DNA of 64,000 nt from an uncultured Verrucomicrobiae bacterium (GCA_963812605.1 CAWEWF010000005.1:1-64000), one strand, 5' to 3'; positions 21,543-32,369 are shown, counted from the first letter of the stretch. The notes: generated by a model not told the origin, from the letters alone. A program made the numbers and translations.

Positions 21543-22286
21543 CTACATGCTGAAATCAGGCCCCAAATAAATCTCCCGACTATGCGCGTCGTTGATCAAA
21601 AAATCGCTGGTGCCCTCGCGCACGACCTTGCCGTGGACGATCAGGTACGCGCGGTCAACGATGCGCAATGTCTCGCGGACATTGTGATCGGTCAGCAGGA
21701 TTCCCAGCCCCTTGCCCTTCAACCCGGCGATGATTTGCTGCACTTCATGCACCGCAATCGGATCCACGCCACTGAAAGGCTCGTCCAGCAGCATCAGCTT
21801 CGGCCCCGTAACCAGCGCGCGCGTGATCTCCAGTCTTCGCCGTTCGCCGCCGCTCAAGGTGTACGCCTTGTTCTTCGCCAGCGACTTAATATCCAACTCC
21901 TCCAGCAAATAATCCAGACGAAACTTCCGCTCTTCCGCGTTCAACGGCAGCGTCTCCAAAATCGCCAGGATGTTTTCTTCCACCGTCAGCTTGCGGAACA
22001 CGCTGGCCTCCTGCGCCAGGTAGCCGATGCCGCGCCGCGCCCGTTTGTGCATCGGCATGCGCGTCACGTCCTTGCCGTCGAAGAACACCTTTCCCCCGTT
22101 CGGCTTGACCAGGCCGACCGTCATATAGAACGACGTTGTTTTCCCCGCGCCATTGGGCCCGAGCAGCCCGACAATCTCGCCGCTCCTGACGTTGATGTCC
22201 ACCCCATCAACCACGCGCCGCCCCCCATAAATCTTGACCAGCCCCTGCGTCCGCAACAGAACATTATTATCGGGAGCATCGCTCAT
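21543..22286 (-). CDS. lptB: LPS export ABC transporter ATP-binding protein
   Basis: 'GLLGPNGAGKTT', 'LSGGERRRLEI', 'LDEPFSGVDP', 'TDHNVRETL'. Confidence 0.95.
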   Translation of the reverse strand: MSDAPDNNVLLRTQGLVKIYGGRRVVDGVDINVRSGEIVGLLGPNGAGKTTSFYMTVGLVKPNGGKVFFDGKDVTRMPMHKRARRGIGYLAQEASVFRKLTVEENILAILETLPLNAEERKFRLDYLLEELDIKSLAKNKAYTLSGGERRRLEITRALVTGPKLMLLDEPFSGVDPIAVHEVQQIIAGLKGKGLGILLTDHNVRETLRIVDRAYLIVHGKVVREGTSDFLINDAHSREIYLGPDFSM

Positions 22287-22593
22287 GAAAAAATGCCGTC
22301 ACCCCAAGCCTTGGCCGCCGTAGGTTCGCCGAAGGAGGCTCGCCGAGGGGTCTCGTAGTTCATCGCCACCATCATCGCGGTTTACCTCGATTCATCGAGC
22401 CGCAGTGTAGCAGAATCGCCCCCGCTGACAAGTGCCGCAGAACGATTTCCCGAAATCTGGTTGACCGGGCTCTGCTGGCTGGTCCGATCTTCCGCATGGC
22501 CGACGATTCAAGCCAGCCGTGCGCATATTGGCGCTTCTGTACCGATGTACCTATGGTGTTTACAAATAACTGGCGGTAAGGTAGATTACCCGC

Positions 22594-22953
22594 ATGAATC
22601 ATTGCCTCGCAGAGTCGGATTTTAGGGAGCTTGGGGACGAAATGCTTTCCGGCTTTGATCAGCGGGTCGCTTCCATTCCAAAGGATTTGTGCGCTCCCTT
22701 TCACCAGGAGGCCCGACATCTTGAAACCGAGCTTCTGACGATTTATCGGGTCGTGGCGCTGTGTGTTCGCAAGGAGCAGGATTTGGCGCAAATTGCGGCA
22801 GACTGGGCGTTTATGGTGAATATCTGTGATGATTCAGCGGCCCGGCTGGGGCGGTTGCGTGAGCAGCATCCGTATTGTGGAGCCGACACGTACTACGACC
22901 GTGTTCTCGACCTCAGAAACAAATGCCAACGGCTCCAGAATCTCCATTCGTAG
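22594..22953 (+). CDS. Hypothetical all-helical protein (first gene of a coupled pair)
   Basis: 119-aa ORF with a normal composition; overlaps the next ORF. Confidence 0.65.
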   Translation: MNHCLAESDFRELGDEMLSGFDQRVASIPKDLCAPFHQEARHLETELLTIYRVVALCVRKEQDLAQIAADWAFMVNICDDSAARLGRLREQHPYCGADTYYDRVLDLRNKCQRLQNLHS

Positions 22954-23189
22954 CCGGAATTTCCGCGGAGCAAATCGCGGCGCTTGCCAAACTTTACGAC
23001 AGGTTTGTTCACGCCCTTGACCCATTCTCTCCCCAGCGGGACGAAGCGGAGCGCGTCTTCATGGAAGATGTCGCGATACTATACGATAACCTGCCTCCTC
23101 CAAAGCCTTCACTCGTGGATTTCAGAAGGGGCGTAGTTCTAAGATGCCGGCGCTACCTGGACGCCACTGATAAACCATCCGGCGTTTAG
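22923..23189 (+). CDS. Hypothetical small protein (second gene of the pair)
   Basis: MPTAPESP...HALDPF...FRRGVVLRCRRYL; 31-nt overlap with the upstream ORF. Confidence 0.6.
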   Translation: MPTAPESPFVAGISAEQIAALAKLYDRFVHALDPFSPQRDEAERVFMEDVAILYDNLPPPKPSLVDFRRGVVLRCRRYLDATDKPSGV

Positions 23190-23299
23190 GTTTCTTTAGG
23201 CGGCAATCACCAGCCGGGCCATCACGCTTCGCCAAAACGCAGAGAAGAAGATTGCCCGAAGTCGAGTCGGCGGACTAGAATTGGCCACAGAGAACGCGC

Positions 23300-23896
23300 A
23301 TGGACATCACGTTCAGTTGCACCTACTGCGGGCAGCGTGTCGTCGTTGACGAAGCGGGCGCAGGGATAACCGTGCAGTGCCCAGAGTGCGGCCTGTCTCT
23401 CACTGTGCCGCAGGTACAACCAGTCCCGCCGAAACCACCGACGCCATCCACCGATAGTCCCCCGATTATTCCGCAGTCGATTCCTGCTATTCCGGTTCGA
23501 CGACGCATGCTGAGAAAGCAAATTGCAATGCTTGTGATCGCGTGTGCTCTAGCCTTTGTAGGTCTTATGGCTCTCTCGGTGTGGATGGATAAAGGGGAAC
23601 AGGCCGGAGAAAAGGCTCGCAGTCGAATTTTCACTGCCCAGTATCTCAAAGATTCTGGCGGCTTTCTGGGTGGATCAATTTGGATGGTAGAGTCCGCAGA
23701 AAACAATGATGGCACCAAGGGAAACGGCGGCTATGCGATTTATGTTTGGCCCTCTCCCCATGCACTTTACAAAGGGGATGGGCTTGTAACGGGGGATCGG
23801 ATCACGTTCCGAGCGGTATTTAACGGATATGAAAGAATGGAAAGTCCTAACGGTTCAACGACACGCATCGAATCTTGGAGGCCAATAGACCAGTAA
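23300..23896 (+). CDS. Zinc-ribbon + Pro-rich linker + single-TM protein
   Basis: 'FSCTYCGQ...QCPECG'; TM 'IAMLVIACALAFVGLMALSVW'. Confidence 0.7.
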   Translation: MDITFSCTYCGQRVVVDEAGAGITVQCPECGLSLTVPQVQPVPPKPPTPSTDSPPIIPQSIPAIPVRRRMLRKQIAMLVIACALAFVGLMALSVWMDKGEQAGEKARSRIFTAQYLKDSGGFLGGSIWMVESAENNDGTKGNGGYAIYVWPSPHALYKGDGLVTGDRITFRAVFNGYERMESPNGSTTRIESWRPIDQ

Positions 23897-24021
23897 TTTT
23901 CTCGGTCGGGAAAGAAATTGCTGACAATTTCAACGTGAGCGGGCGGGCGGCGGCTCGCACGGGGCGGGGGGCTGCCTTTTCCAGCCCCGTCCACCGCTCC
24001 ACGTGAAAAGGACGGTGATAG

Positions 24022-24689
24022 ATGAAAAAGAAAAAACCGCAGAAGCAAGACGGCTCACAGACTGAGCGCCGTGACGCGGCGAAGTCAGACCCACAAACGA
24101 CCTCCGAAACACCGAAATTTGCGTCGGTGTCACCTGAGACGCTCGCCATGATTGCGGCAACGCTTGCAAAAGGTGGAGTTGACAAACCGGAGACGGCCAT
24201 CGCTAACGCTGCTGCGCTATATGATGCAGCCTGCGAGCACTTGGAATCCAAGGCGCGCCACTTCGCAGCGAAACAAGCTAAAGCTGAAGCAAGGGCTGCG
24301 TTGGCGCGCCCAAAAAAATTTCCGGCGACTTTTAATGATGTTCTCAGACTGATTGTCCGAGCTAAGACCTCCGCCGATGGGACGAAGCGTTTCCGGGATT
24401 ATTTACGTTGGGACTTAACCCGCTACTATGCAACGAGCATTCCCCTAGGACCCGATCGTCGTGGGCGCAATGGGACGCCAGGAAACGCCTCGACGATATG
24501 AAATCAAAAAATGCGGTGAAACAACTCGCGAACGCCATTGATGAACAAGTTGTACACGGGATCGGAACTCACAAACTGGGTATCATTGAAGACTCTTGGT
24601 TTTGGTTGGTGAAGAGCTATGGCGACTGGTGGAATGGCTTCAAGCGCGAGCAAGCCCGAGCGTCGGCAAAGTCGAAAAAATCCTCTTGA
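24022..24689 (+). pseudogene. Hypothetical phage/satellite-like protein, split into ORFs 24022-24501 and ~24408-24689
   Basis: Coding-like helical sequence continues across a frame change near 24450. Confidence 0.4.
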
Positions 24690-25435
24690 CCCACTCGAAA
24701 GTCGGAAAAAACTGCCATTCGCTTGGCTGCTGACGGAATCCGCTACCGTCAACATTCCTTTCGCTGCCGCCCGCACTCCATCCGCTGGCATCGCCACGGA
24801 TTTCGCTGACTCCCACGCTCCAAAAATCGGGCAAATCGGTTTGCCAGGTTGCCCGCGTGATTAAAACAGTACCAACCGAAAACGAAGCCGCAAGCGCCCG
24901 ACCGGGCGAGGCGGCGTTCGGCGGCCAGAACCGGTGAGGTGCCGGCATGAACGCGAGCATGGAGTTGTTCACACTAGAAGATGCGACGAGTTAGAGTTCC
25001 GCCGCCATTTGGGGAGGTTAAAAATGAAATTTGAAAGGGCAAGCCAGTGGAAATCATTGTGACGTTGTTTCTGTTGATTGTTTTGGGGTTCGTACTCATT
25101 GAGTTGGCGCGGATCATTTTGGGGCGATAGTGATGGCCAGCGAATCGCTGACATCCGTCCTAAGAGAACCCGCCGTTGCGAATTGTGGCAGGTGCGGAGT
25201 AAACTTTGGACGGCATGGCAAAGACGAAGCAAACTTCCAGCAGGCGCAACGACTCGACTTTGAAGCCGGGAAAGTTAGCCGCGTTGGAAACTAAACTCCG
25301 CCGTTTCGTCCTGCGCGAGGAAGCTCGGGGAGCTTATCCCCAATCCCGCCGCGGCAGTGGCCAGTTGCACACTCGCGCGAAGAAGCGGGGTCATGCCTTA
25401 CGAGCTGCGGCAACTTAACTGCTTCCTGCGGGAGT

Positions 25436-25771
25436 TTGACAAGCTCAGGCTACTATAAGAAGAATGAGACCAACCTTTTGCTAGTGCGCAGCAGTCAGCC
25501 GCCTACGGTGGAGATTGACCAGGCGGCGTCGGCGATTTACGTTCGCTTCAAACGCGGCAGGGTCGCCCGCACGATTCGTCATGGATCGAAGTGGCCTTTG
25601 GTGACGGTGGATTTGGACGCGGAAGGCGACGTGCTTGGCATCGAGTGTGTGGGTGTCAAGCGGTTCAACCTCCAAGGCGTGTTCAAAACGGCCCGTGTCC
25701 AAGCCCCATCCGAAGCCATGACCCATGCCGATTTTCAATTTGCCTCCGAACCTCAACCCGCCGAGGTGTGA
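25436..25771 (+). CDS. DUF2283-like protein (antitoxin-like)
   Basis: 'EIDQAASAIYVRF...VDLDAEGDVLGIE'; start uncertain. Confidence 0.7.
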   Translation: MTSSGYYKKNETNLLLVRSSQPPTVEIDQAASAIYVRFKRGRVARTIRHGSKWPLVTVDLDAEGDVLGIECVGVKRFNLQGVFKTARVQAPSEAMTHADFQFASEPQPAEV

Positions 25772-25806
25772 AGACGCGGGCGACGCGCGCGGGTGGCTTC
25801 AAAACA

Positions 25807-26437
25807 TCACGGCGTCGAATCTTTCGGCTTTCCGGTCGCGTCGCCGTTTTGCTTCCGCTGTTCTTCGGGATAGATGAGCAATGGTTCGGTTCGTTTCGGT
25901 CTTCGGCTTCGACGTCCATCCTCTGCGAATCGCGCCAGAAGGTGATCTTGTTGCCCGTCACGACGCCGTCGGAGGATTCGGCGCGCGGATGTCCCGTGAG
26001 GACGACTTTGCCGTCCAGCGCCGTGTATTCCGCGCGGTCGCTATTGGGTTTTTTGTTGTCGGGGGTGGTGATGACGACGTCGCCCTCGGCGATGATCTTC
26101 TGCACGGCGCGGGTGGTATTCGTTCCCGCGCTGGTGATGACGTTCGTGCTGCCGAAAAACACGGTCATTTTGTCGCCGCGCACGGTCATGCGTGGGTCGA
26201 CCGCCAGCACGTTGCCTTCAAACGTGCCCACATTGTTGGCGTAGTCCCCATGCAACTGGTCGGCGGTGATGATGGTCGGCTCGTTGGTCGAATTCCCGGC
26301 GGGAAGGGGGGAATTCGCATTGCCGGTGGCGGTTTGTGGCGTCCCCCGTCCGCGTCGCGGCATTAGCCGCCGGGACGGCGGCTGCGACACTTAGCGCGAT
26401 AACGACGGCCATCGATATCAACAAGGATTCTCTTCAT
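25807..26437 (-). pseudogene. lptA: LptA/OstA family LPS transport protein, frameshifted (probable sequencing errors)
   Basis: 'PTIITADQL...FEGNV...AEGDVVI...VLTGHP...VTGNKIT'; N- and C-termini lie in other frames. Confidence 0.75.
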
Positions 26438-26889
26438 GGCTGCTTCGGTTGCTCCCCCAAAAATTGTTGTCCGTTCGAAATAATGACCACAAACATTGCT
26501 GCGGATCACCATCGAGGAGTTGCTGCCATCCCATTCACCGCCGATACCCGTCAACACCATGTTCTCGCGGTCGATGCGGACACATCATCGGTCGTGGCGT
26601 GGTTGTTCATGCGGTCGAGCAGGCATGTCGGTGAACTGAAGACCATGTCCACCTTGTTGCTGGTATAAAACTCCGCGCGGGCATTCTGGATGTCCATCAA
26701 TCCATCGGGGCGAATCACCGCGCGTTCGCCGATCAGTTTCCACTTCAAGTTGCCGTCTTCATCGCTTGGGGAACCTCGAACTTCTCGATGTAACCCGAGT
26801 CGCGGTGACCGCCCGTTTTCTGGCTGTTTTGCGCAACAGCCACGGGGAAGCCAGGGTCAGGGCCGTAAGGAGCGCCAGGTATTTCGCAT
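26434..26889 (-). pseudogene. lptC: LptC-like protein, frameshifted
   Basis: Fragments 'KWKLIGERA', 'SPTCLLD', 'MVLTGIG.EW'; position between kdsC and lptA. Confidence 0.6.
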
Positions 26890-27403
26890 ATCGCCTCCCA
26901 CGAACCTTGCGCTTTTAAAATCATCTCGATGACTTCCCGCACCGCGCCATCGCCACCGCGTCGCCGTGTCATGTAATGCGCCGCGCGTCTCACCTCGTCC
27001 GCCGCATTCGGCACCGCGACGGCCAGCCCCACAGGTGCAGCACGGGCAAATCCACCAGATCATCGCCAATGAATGCGATCTCATCATTCGCGAATCCATG
27101 TTGGCGTTTGACCTCCTCAACCATGTCCATTTTGTTCTTCGTTTTCTGAAGCACGATTTTCACCTGCAAATCCGTCGCCCGCCGCGTTGTTACCTGCGAA
27201 GGCCGACCCGAAATGAAGCCAATCGTCAATCCCGCGTGCTGCGCCATCACGATGCCGTGACCATCTTGCACGTCGAAGGTCTTGAACTCCCGCCCGTCAC
27301 TCGTGAAATACAATTTGCCATCGGTCAGTACGCCATCCACGTCCATCAACAGGCAACGGATTTTTCGCAGACGCCGTCTCAACGCCGCTTTGGCAATTTT
27401 CAT
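26880..27403 (-). pseudogene. kdsC: KDO 8-phosphate phosphatase, frameshifted
   Basis: 'MDVDGVLTDG', 'FDVQDGHG', 'IGDDLVDLP', then '[11 protein letters not shown]' in a second frame. Confidence 0.85.
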
Positions 27404-27454
27404 CGGGCGCGAGTGTAACAGAATGTCCTCATCTGACAAGCCCACCCGCCAAAA

Positions 27455-27590
27455 GGTAAGTGTCTTAATTTTCCGCATTGCTCATCGTTCGTGCTTCTTG
27501 TAGCCGAAGCGTAAGCTTCGGTGGTAGCAATGCGGATTCCCGAAGCTTACGCTTCGGCTACAGTTGGCGGATGCAAATTAGGACATCACT
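27455..27590. mobile_element. MITE-like element with an internal REP-like doublet (degenerate copy)
   Basis: Reverse-complement homolog of 55133-55265; internal 23-bp inverted repeat TGTAGCCGAAGCGTAAGCTTCGG. Confidence 0.7.
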
Positions 27591-27641
27591 GCCCATTGGA
27601 CAAAGCTTGTGAGACGTTGGGGATTTTGGTAACAACGAAGC

Positions 27642-27917
27642 ATGAACCTTTGGCAAATTCAGAAAGTGCTTACCACCAAACTCAACAGCGCGGTCCCCGG
27701 CGGGAAAGGGGCATTCGTGAGAGTTACCGAATACAAGATCGCCATCGCTTCGACTCCGGACAGCCTGGCGGCCGAAGTGAACAAACTGATCAAAGACCGC
27801 TGGCAACCTTGCGGTGGAATATGTGTGTCCCGTGAAACGGTCTCGGGTATCATGCAATCGTTCATGCAACCGCTGGTCCGTGAGCCCAAGAAACGCGTCG
27901 GACGGTTGACGGTCTAA
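27642..27917 (+). CDS. DUF1737-like small protein
   Basis: 'EYKI...LAAEVNKLIKDRWQPCGGI...FMQPLVR'. Confidence 0.55.
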   Translation: MNLWQIQKVLTTKLNSAVPGGKGAFVRVTEYKIAIASTPDSLAAEVNKLIKDRWQPCGGICVSRETVSGIMQSFMQPLVREPKKRVGRLTV

Positions 27918-27934
27918 TCGCCGCGCCTGTTTTC

Positions 27935-27968
27935 AAAAAAACCTCCCCCGTGGCTAGTCGGGGGAGGT
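27935..27968 (-). terminator. Intrinsic terminator downstream of the degP-like gene
   Basis: ACCTCCCCCG-loop-CGGGGGAGGT followed by a T-tract on the minus strand. Confidence 0.8.
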
Positions 27969-27991
27969 CTCGCGACTGGAGAACAACAAAG

Positions 27992-29498
27992 TTATTTGGA
28001 GTCCTTCAGTACAACGAAAGTCGAAGTGCCGCCGCGTTGCACATACAAGAGCACGCCTTTGTCCGGGGCAACCTTGTCCATGGCGGCCGTGAAATCTTCC
28101 ACCGAATGGATGGGCGTGCGGTCAATCTCGGTAATCACGTCGCCATGTTGCAGGCCTTTTTGTTGCGCGGCGCTGCCCTCGGCGACATCCATCACGACCA
28201 CACCGTCGGTGTCGTCCAACTTCAAGCGCTCGGCGAGTTCCTTGGTCAGGGTCTGCACGGTAAGACCATACGCGCTTTCACTCTTCGGCTGTTTGTGAGT
28301 GCGTTCATGCGCCGCGAACTGGACCACGTTGGGCATCTCGCCAGTTTGTAGGGCGACCTGGATGGACTTGCCGCCGCGCATGACGTCGAGCATCACTTTC
28401 TGGCCAACTTCCTTGTGGAGGATTTGACGCTGCAAATCCCGCGGAGTCTTCACCGGAGTGCCGTCAATCGCCACGATGATATCCGCCGGACGGAGGTTAC
28501 TCTTGGCGGCGGGCGTGCCGGCGTGGATCTCCTTCACGATCACGCCGTCCTTCAAAGGCTTCGCCAGTTCCGCCATCTCCTTGTCATCGGCCAGGGCGTC
28601 AATGCCAATGCCGATCCAGGGACGCGTGACTTTGCCGTCCTTGATAAGTTTCTCGGCGGAATCCATGGCTACATTGATTGGGATGGCGAAGCCGATGCCG
28701 CGGTTAAGGCCGCGGATCAGGGTGTTGATGCCGATGACGCGCCCTTCGATATCGCAGAGCGGGCCGCCGGAATTACCCGGGTTGATCGCCGCGTCGGTCT
28801 GGATATAATCGATGGTGGCCACAATCCCCGGATCGCCCATGGGCGGACGCCCCTTGGCGCTGACGAACCCAACCGTGAAGCTGTAGTCCAGTTCGTACGG
28901 CGCGCCGATCGCAATCGCCCACTGGCCGACCTTTACGTCGTCGCTGTTGGCGATTTTGGCGGCCGGCAAATCTTTCGCGTCCACCTTGATGACGGCGATG
29001 TCGGTACGGTCATCGCTGCCGATGAGCTTGGCGTCCTTATATTCGGTGCCGTCCTTGAGGCGGACGGTGATCGTATCGGCCCCATCAACGACGTGCAGGT
29101 TCGTGAGAATATAACCGTCTTTGCGCAGGATGATGCCCGAGCCCTGGCTGTCGATCGGCTCGTGGAAATGGCCTTGCGGCACATGACGGAAGAAAAACTC
29201 GAACGGGGTGCCCTGGAACTGCTGACCGTTTTCGCCTTCGTCACCCTCCGGCGACTCCACGGCGTCGCTGGCCTTGCGCTGGCTCGTGATGACGACGACC
29301 GATGGGCTGGTTTGGTCGGCAACACTCTCGAAGGCATTTTCCAAATGCCGCGCCAGATCCAGATCGCTCTTGGAGGTTGCCGTCGGAGCGGGGGCCGCGT
29401 AGAGGGCCGGGCCCTCAATGGTCAGGAGGAAGAGCCAGCCCGATGGTGAACCAACGGGCTGTGTGCGAATGCTTAAATTGAGATGCTAATTTGTTCAT
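27992..29498 (-). CDS. DegP/DegQ (HtrA) serine protease with two PDZ domains; frameshift in the signal region
   Basis: 'GSGII', 'TNLHVV', 'DIAVIK', 'IQTDAAINPGNSGGPL'; the N-terminus MNKLASQ... is out of frame near 29420. Confidence 0.9.
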
Positions 29499-29640
29499 AA
29501 CGTTATCTTCGACCCTCCCCATACGGGGTTGTTCAAATATCTTCCGGTGCTTGGAAGTCGATACCGTGCCGCCACCGCCGCGAATATCGCCGAAGTTCCG
29601 CCAATCGGCAAGTGTCGAACTGGGATTCAACTTTCGCGGA

Positions 29641-29775
29641 CCCGCGTTGACAATGCGGGTGATTCCGCTAACCTTGCTGGTGTAAATGCCGTTGTTCCGG
29701 CGGTATATGGCGCCGGCGAGCGGGACGGATATTTAAGAGACCACACCAGCGCCCGGGACGGGCGCTGCTACAAAA
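29641..29775 (+). promoter_or_regulatory. nadA promoter and structured 5' leader
   Basis: TTGACA-N16-TAACCT; stems GCTGGTGT/ACACCAGC, CCGT/ACGG and CCGGCG/CGCCGG. Confidence 0.5.
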
Positions 29776-29776
29776 T

Positions 29777-30720
29777 GTGATGATTACTACAACCGACACT
29801 ACCCAACTTCAGGAACGCGTTCGCGAGTTGAAGAAGCTCAAGAACGCAGTGATCCTCGCGCATAATTATCAGGTGCCGGAACTACAGGACGTGGCGGATT
29901 TCGTGGGCTACTTGCTCGGGCTGTCCTTCAAGGCGAAGGAGACTGCTGCCGATGTGATTCTTTTTTGCGGCGTTCATTTCATGGCCGAGACCGCGAAGAT
30001 CGTCAACCCGGTAAGACGGTCATTCTGCCTGACCTCGAAGCGGGCTGTTCGCTGGCCGATTCCTGCGACGCAAAGGCCCTGGCAAAATGGAAAGAGGCGC
30101 ATCCTGATGTCGTGATCGTGGCCTACATCAATTGCACCGCCGCCGTGAAAGCCCTTGTGGACATCATTTGCACGTCGGGGAATGCGGGCCCAGTTGTGAA
30201 TTCGGTTCCACTCGACAAAAAGATTCTCTTCGTCCCCGACCAGAACCTCGGCCAATGGGTAATGACGCAAACCGGACGCCAGATGATTCTATGGCCGGGC
30301 GCGTGCTCGACGCATGTGTTGTTCACTCACAAGGCCATCTTCCGATTAAAGCAGGAGTATCCCGAAGCCGAGATCGTCGCGCATCCCGAATGCCTGCCGG
30401 CTGTCCGCATGATGGCCGACGAAGTGTGCTCGACCGAGAAAATGGTCGCCTACTGCAAGAGTTCTCCCGCGCGGCGTATTAATTATCGTCACCGAAGCCG
30501 GGGATGTTGCACCGCCTCCAGAAAGAATTGCCCGACAAAACTTTTATTTCCTGCCCCACGGGACTCCTGCCACTGCAACGAGTGCAGCTTCATGAAGAAG
30601 AACACGCTGGAGAAAGCCGTCACCGCCCTGGAAACTCTCTCGCCCGAGATTATTCTCGACGAAGACACCCGCACCCGCGCCCTCGTTCCGATTGAGCGCA
30701 TGCTGGCGCTGGGGCGGTAA
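29777..30720 (+). pseudogene. nadA: Quinolinate synthase, frameshifted (probable sequencing errors)
   Basis: 'AHNYQ', '[12 protein letters not shown]', 'AGCSLA', 'AHPEC', 'MKKNTLEK' spread across frames. Confidence 0.9.
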
Positions 30721-30796
30721 GCACCGCGCGTCGTTTCTGTTTGTAGGGGAGAGTGAAGAGAGCTAAATTGGTCTCATCAATCGAGGTTTGTAACTA

Positions 30797-31140
30797 ATGA
30801 AAAGCCGTAAGCTTTCAGATTGGTATGTGCCGCCCGATATTGTGGTCGTTTACGGGCTTCCTTTTATCGCTATTCTAGTCGGGTTTCTGTCTGCAATGTT
30901 GCTTCCGCTTGTTTGGGCGCGCGCAGCAGCGGAGATTCTACCCTGTTGTATATTGCGGCGGTACTCGCGCAGTTGGCATCGTCTTGTTGGCCTTTGCCCG
31001 CATGCCGCTGTACCGTCAGCGGCGATTTTTTACGTTTGGCCCGCGCGCGCTGGACGAGGGACACAGACGATTGTATCGCTGGGCCTACCGCTTCATTGGT
31101 GTCAGTGTGTTGCTACTGTTGCTCTTGCTGTTGGCTCTGA
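30797..31140 (+). pseudogene. Small membrane protein, frameshifted
   Basis: Hydrophobic segments in ORFs 30797 and 30909 join across a frame change. Confidence 0.5.
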
Positions 31141-31166
31141 GATAACGACTAGACCTACCCCGCGCG

Positions 31167-32369
31167 TCAAAAGCTCAGGTAAATCGCCTTAAGGTAATGC
31201 GCCTCGGGGAAAGTTGCCGGGTGGTCAGCGGGATGGGCGGTGGTTTGAAGCTCCTTGAAGGGGCGACCGGATTGAGTGGCGGCCTCCCGGACTGACCCCA
31301 CAAATTCAGCGGTCGAGACAGGCGTGAACAGGAACAGGCCACCAGGATGCCGTCTGGCCGCAAAAGCTTTAGGGCGCTGCGCGTCAATCTCCCATAGGCA
31401 CCGATGGCTTGTTCGCGTTCGGCTCTCGCTTCGCCAGTGAAGGCGGATCAAGGACGATTAGATCAAATGATGCGGGCGAGGCCGAGTCCAGCCAGTCGAA
31501 TGCGTCGGCTTTCGCAATCTCATGGCGACAGCGACCAATGGCTGGATCGTGGAGGTTCAGGGCAAAGTTGCGGTTCGCGGCGGCCAGTGCGTGCGGGCTG
31601 ATATCCAGGTCGGTGATGGAGACGGCTCCGCCGCGGGCGGCAGACAGGGAAAAGCCCCCGGTAAAAACTGAAGGCATTCAACACCTGGCGACCGCGAGAC
31701 ATTGATTCGACAAGGCGACGGTTTTCGCGTTGATCGAGAAAAAATCCGGTCTTCTGTCCGCGGATGACATCGACTTCGAAACGAAGTCCCGACTCCAGGA
31801 AAATGACTGGCTCGAGTAGGGGCTTGCCGAGAACGATCTGACCCTCGTTGAACGGCTGCGATTTGTCCTGAATATTTCGGCTCAAGCGCAAAATGATGCG
31901 CTCGCAGGGAACTTGTTCGCCGATGATTTCCACAATTTCTTCGAGGCGCGGAATCCAGGCTGTCGTGTAGATTTTGAGGCCAGTGTCGAATCATAACGGT
32001 TCAAAACGAGGCCCGGCCAGCCGTCGCTTTCACCATTACAGAGCCGGTAGCCGTTCGTCTGGGAATCAAAAAGGTTGCGTCGTCGGTCGAGTGTCGCGGT
32101 CAGGTGCTGCTGCCACCAGGCGCCATCCACCTTTTGCGGCTTGCCGACATGCAACATGCGGACGCGGATGGTCCCTCGGGATCAAACAGCCCCATACCCA
32201 GGAATTGATCCTTCCGGTCATAAATGACGGCTAGATCGCCCGCCTGGCCGGCGCGGTTTTGCTCGCGAATGCTGTCAGAAAAGAGCCACGGATGGCCCGA
32301 GCGCAAAATCGATTCCGCCTTCTGTGAGACCCGCAGCCGGAAGGGCGGATTTGATTCAGAGTTGGTCAT
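31167..32369 (-). pseudogene. RlmI/RlmK-like 23S rRNA SAM-dependent methyltransferase, multiple frameshifts
   Basis: 'GHPWLF', 'GESDGWPGL', 'GQKTGFFLDQRENR', 'DLIVLDPP', 'DHPATFPEAHYLK'. Confidence 0.85.

Noticed and set aside
25880-25902. CGAAACGAACC match inside lptA as another copy of the 97-bp element
   Set aside because: It lies in coding sequence and has no partner arm or flanking similarity.
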